DNA of 64,000 bases, from assembly GCA_045533065.1 (NCBI GenBank), contig JAZSHC010000023.1:15332-79331 (forward strand), in the 5' to 3' direction. The DNA comes from Acutalibacteraceae bacterium (lineage in GTDB: Bacteria > Bacillota > Clostridia > Oscillospirales > Acutalibacteraceae). Shown piece after piece: positions 41,501-47,500 of this stretch. The first letter of the stretch is position 1, and each line of letters begins with the position of its first letter. A program made the position numbers and the translations under genes. The notes below the pieces were generated by a model. That model was given only the letters and a program-made list of their open reading frames with translations, made no database searches and was not told the origin of the DNA.

Positions 41501-44500
41501 GAACATGTCAGAGAACATGATGATAAGGTCGTCTGTCATGATGGAACGTACAATTGTGATAAGAGCCTGTGAGGGTGAGCCTACAAAGTAGGTGAATTTA
41601 CCGTTTTCGGCACCTGTTACATTTGAATTGCGCAGCTCGCTCTTCTTTGAACCGTAAGTTGCAAGTGCACCGAAGTCAATGAAGTTTGTTACAATGATTT
41701 CTTCACCTGTGTCAAGCTCTGAGCCTGCAACCATATCTGAAATCATCTTGTTAAGAGTGTTTTCAAGATCAAGGAATTCGTCAAGAAGAGCTGCGATATC
41801 AAGCTCGAGTGCTCTTGAAAGAACAGGGTCAATAATGTTAAGAAGCTCAAGAACAGGTGAGATAAGGTTCTTAACTGCCTGTGCAAGGTTATTTGTTTTT
41901 AAGGGAATATTGTTAACATCTACTTCACCTGTCTCATATGAATAGAGAAGGTATGCAATGTTGGGAAGCTTTGAGAGAAGTGCAGTAAGCGGACTTTCGA
42001 GAAGACCGAGCTCACCTGATGCATCGTCACCAACAAGAACTGCTCTGAGAGCTGCAAAGAGAGGTGCAAGAGGTGATTCAACAGTGTTCCAGTTTCTGCC
42101 TGTCTTATTAGCTTCGGGATTTGTGCTGCCGTGAACATAAGTGAGATAATCATTAGCACTCATTGAAGCAGTGTATGTTTTACCGTTCTTGGTTTCAACA
42201 ACAACATCACCGTAACCGAGTGACTCAATAAGCATTGTTATTGATGTCTGATAACCCGGATGTCCTTCAAGTGTAAGCTCGTCAAGAAGAGTGATATCCT
42301 GACCGCTGAACAGGAAGGAAAGAAGGGGATTAAGGGGAGTGAGAAGTGTTTCAAGTGCGTCAAAGAAGGTATCAACCTTAACTTCTGCACTTTCATTGCC
42401 GCTGAGCATGTAGAACCAGTTGTAGCCGTCTGCAGGAGCAGTTACATGTGCCCATGTCATATCTTCAGCTTTAAGTGTGGGCTCATTTACCTTTGCCTTA
42501 TTGTAGCAATCATTAAGCCAACCGGTAATAGCAGTGTTACCTGCTGCTTCCGCTGCGTTATAGAAACCGATAGGTCTGATATCAATATCAAAGTCAGCAA
42601 GAGCGGGAAGAAGGTTTGCAACAATACCGCTGCCGAGGATACCGCCGAGAAGACCTGTATCCATAACAGGAATTTTGTCACCGTTTTCGTCAAGAACATA
42701 GTTGCCGTCTGCATCCTTCTGGTATGCAGGAACCTTTGTGCCGTCCTCAAGAGTTTCTTCCTTCTGCTCGCCTGTACCAACAAGAAGGGTTACAAGAAGC
42801 TGCATAACATCGTTTGATGTGATAACATCTGCAACAACATCTGCAAGGGTATCATTCTCACCGATATTTTCAAGAGGTTCGAGGATTCCTGCCATGTTCT
42901 CGGGAAGTATACCTTCAAGCATGGGAAGGAGCATGGGAACGAGCATGGGAATAAGATCCATTATAAGGTCGTCAATGTTCTTAATTGCTCTGTCAGCCTT
43001 GCCGATCATTGTTTCACGTGTAGCCTGAACTTCACCTGATTCAGGATCAGCAGTAATTGCACCGGCTGCTGTTACCTTTTCACCTGCATCATTGATATAG
43101 GTTCCGTCAGGAATTTCTGCAAGTGATTCTTCGAGGTATTTACCGAGAACAAACTGACCGTCTTCACCGAAATCGGTCCATGTCATTGTTCCGTCAGCAG
43201 CTGTGTCTTTGTAATCGTAAACTGTGGGGATATATTCGTTAAGAAGAGTTACAAGGATAGCAACAACTGTGTCTGCCTGACCGTCGATGATGGGCAGAAT
43301 TGTGTCAATAATTGAGCCTGAGCCACCCAGCAAGCCGCCAAGAAGAGGCATAAGCTGAATGATAACACCGTCATTCATAAGCCAACGGAAGAGTGTCAGA
43401 AGTGTGTCACCTGTGTCGATGTTGAGGTGGTAGTTTGTCCATGAAGTCTGACAACCTGTCATCGGGGTCTCAGCAGGAGTACCCATTGCCATAAGACGGT
43501 TTACGTGAATATCAAGTGCTATTGAGCCCTTGTCACCCTTCCACTCAAGCATGTCAAGCAGACCTTCGCCTGCTGCTCCGAAGAGAGTCTGAGTGAGAAG
43601 ACCGAGATTTGTATAGTAGTAGCCGTTATCGTCACAGTAAAGTTCCTGTCTTACGGATGTATACTGTCCGTAGGGAAGTCCGTTGGGATATGTCTCAGCG
43701 AGCTTGACAGTATCAACATTGTACTGGATTACATTTCCGTCCTTATTGTAAAGGTCATAAATCTTGTTTCCGTCCTCATCAAGGACATCCTTCATGAGTG
43801 CCTTTACATCAGCGCCGGGTCTTGTCTTTGTTCTTGATGCGCCAAGAAGACCGCTGAGAACACCGTTGATACCGTTTGAAAGGTCAAGACCAAGGTCTGT
43901 AAGAAGAGGAAGAATAATATCTGAAAGGCTGATGGGAATGTTAGCAATACCAAGAACGTTAATGTTGATACCAACATTACTGAGCTTGGGCATAAGCTGA
44001 TTGTACTCAAGAGCACAAAGAAGGTTGGGAAGAATTTCAAGGATTGATGATACGGGAGCTGTGAACAGGTCGTTGTTGATCCAGTTGAAAAGAGGATCAA
44101 AGATAGCAACCCAAACATCTCTACCGTAGTTAGAGGGGAATTCTGTATCATTAACCTTGTAGCTGCTGCTCATATTAAGAAGTGACTTGATAGTGTCTGC
44201 ACTTCTGTAACCGTGAGGATTGCTTGAGCTGTATTCCTCAATACCGAGAAGTCTGTAAAGAGGAAGGAAGAGAGCGTCGTAAAGAGCGTCACCTGTGGAT
44301 GAAAGCTTAAGGTTAACATTGATTGTACCGATAGCACCGGTAAGTTCAATTTCTCTACCTGTAACAAGAGTATTAAGGGGGTTGATAAGACCGATTGTTG
44401 CAACTGTAAGTGAATCGTAGAAGGTCTTTTCGTTAGTAATGTTCCAAGCCTTCTTTGAATCCCAGTTTGACCAGTCTACAGGACTCAGATCTGAACGGCC

Positions 44501-47500
44501 GTTTACATCTGCTGATTTCTGATCCCAGTATGACCAATAAACGTCACCGAGAAGGAAGTAGTAAACATAGTCTGTATCAGCAGTTTTCATGGTATCTATA
44601 ACGTGCTGATATGTACCGAAGCCGCGCTCGCCGTTAAAGAACTGATACCAGGGCTGTTCACCGTAATTCTGATAGAAATGGTGAGGATCAAGAGGAATAG
44701 CCTTACGGGCAGCACTGGGCACGATATCACTAAGTCTGTAACCAACATATGATTGGGTAAGACCGGCAACAGCACCACCGATAAGAGGCATAAGAGTCTT
44801 GAAGAAGACATCGTGAAGAAGACCGCCGTATAACAGTCCGTTAATAAGGTTAACAAGGAACTCACGAAGGTTTTTGATTTCAGTGCCTATAGCATGAACC
44901 TTTCCGTTAGGCTCAACAAATTCATAGTCCCATGTGCCGAGGAAGCCGGTTTCGTTACCGAATTCGTCAGTTGACTTGATAAGTGAGTTGAGAATTGTAC
45001 CAAGGTCTTCTGAAATAAGCATGTTGTCGAACTGAGCAACAGCATCGTCCATAAGCTCCTTGATCTTTTCCTCGCCTACCATACCGGTTTTAAGACCAAC
45101 CTTATTAATAAGGTCTTCAATTGTGTCGTAATCAAGTGTACCTACACCTGAAGACCACATGTAATCGTAGAATGAACCGGCATAGTTGTTACCGTTTCTA
45201 TATCTGTCAAACAGGTAGTTAAGGATAACCTTGTCGGATCTGCCGCCCTGTGCGCTGACATAGCTTCTCATTTCGGCAAGCTTTTCACCGAAATACTGAG
45301 CATCAAGTGAATATTCTGTAATGGTTGAATACAGGTCAGCAATTTCTTCTGTTGTGTGAGCTGCTACACCGAGGTTTGCAAATTCTTCAGCCTCGGGATT
45401 GTAAGCGGGCGCACCCTTAAGGAAGTTGAAAAGAACAGTCTGGGGAGCTTCAATTGCCTTTGTAGCTGAGATGATAGCTTCAAAGTTGTAATAAGTAATC
45501 CTGTTGCCGCCTTCTTCGTAGTATGTCTGAACACGTTCAATCTGTTCGTAAATACGGTTAGCAGCACGTCTCTTAAGGTCATTGAGGAAATAGTCGTATT
45601 CCTTTACGCCATCTTTACCGAAGATTTTTTCAAAAATATCGGCAGCACCCTCATTTTGTGAAAGTGATTTAACTTCAGAATAACCGAGAGCTACAAACTC
45701 ATTATAATATTTTGTGATAGACTCATAAGTCATACCACCGGTAAGACGGGTAGCATCAATGTATGCATCCATCTTATCTTTCATTGCAATATACTTTGCA
45801 CCGTAGAGGTTAAGGTTTGCTCTCTGATAAGTTGCATAGAAAGCTGTCCAGTTGGCTTTGGTAACACCTGCTGTACCGAGACGGTCATAGTTTACATTAC
45901 CGGCAGCGTCAAGAACAAAGGGGAATACCTTTGTTTCAAAATCAGCAACAAGCTTTGAAGCTTCTTCAAAGAAAGCAAGAGCTTCCTTATAGTCAACATG
46001 AACACAGTGATCTACATGTGTCTTTTCTTCATCTGAGAAAACACCGTCACCGTCTGCGTCAACCCAGCCGTATGTACATTCTCCACCGAAGTAACCGTCT
46101 TCTTCAGTGAGGCCGTTACCCTTGCCGTTACAAAGCATTGTACAGCTATCGCCGCCGCATGTAGTGTCACCCCATATGTGACCCATTGACTGTGATGTAC
46201 CGGCATCAAGAATCTTAACAGTAATGAGTCTTGCATAAACATCTTTCCACTCACCTGCATAGTTCTGAGCTATGCGGATCTTGAGTGCATCAATCTTTGA
46301 AAGAACAGAAGTATAGTATTCTCTTCCGCCGTCAAACGCAGCAATAACTTCATCGGTGATATTAACTGTGGTTTCACCGTTGAAGGCGTTTGCATCATCA
46401 AGCTCTGCAAGAAGCTCTTCAGCCTGAAGATAAATATCATAAAGAAGGTCACCGAGTGAATCTTCATCTGTTTCGTCAGGGTCTGCCTGAAGTGCATCAG
46501 CCTGTGCAAAAAGGGCATCGAAATCAGACTTATACTGTGCAGCATAAGCCTTAGCGATATAATCAACAATGTTGGTTTTGTACCACTGCTTAACTTCAGC
46601 CCAGGTTCTGTTGCCGTCGATAGCAGGACTAACATAAGCATTCCAGATATCTTCCGGGTTACCAACCTCAGCAGTACCTACAGCAAGGTCGTATTCAACG
46701 ATGTCAGCTGAAATCTGTGTAACTGTTTCGTTGAGGACATCTGTTGCCATCTGGTCATAAGGTGTGTCAGGATTAAACCATTCATCAGCAAGACCGATAA
46801 ACTTTTCGATAGATTCCTTAACAACAGTAAGAGCTGCTGCTGTAACGTCTGCGTTCTGCTCCTGGTGCTCAAATACGATGTCACTGGCAGTAATACCATA
46901 GGAAGCAGTCAGATTAGTCATACCGAATTTAACGGTTGCCTTATACATCTGAAGGTCATCAGGATCGGTGGGAATATCCAGATATGCATCGGCTGTGCCG
47001 TCTGCCCACTGAAGAACGTCAAAGCCCGCACCGATATAGAAGGTGATTACCTTCGGTGAGCTATAGCTGCCCACATCCGATGTTTCACCGAATGCAAAAT
47101 ACTTAAGTATCTCATCATACTGGTTAAGGCTTACGAGATAATGATCGTTTTCATCATTGGTTCTGTCTGCAAGAACGTCATTGATTGCGCCTTTGATAGC
47201 GTTGTAAATGCCGTAATAGGTATTTACACCCGCAACATCAATGATTTCCTTAGCTGCAGCTGCGTATGCTGCTGCAACCCAGTGCCATGAACCTGACGCT
47301 GAGTCAATCTCAACCTTCCATTGAGACGCGTTTACCTGCTGCGGAACACGCTTCTTATCTTCAGCTGTTGCCTTATCGCTCGTTGCAGCCTGAATATAGT
47401 CCGCCAATGTTGCATGGTGGAGCTCAATTCGGCTCATGAGGTTGTCGATAGTGTTGTCCGCGCCGAGAACGCCGAAACACACAGACACGCTGGAGACTAT

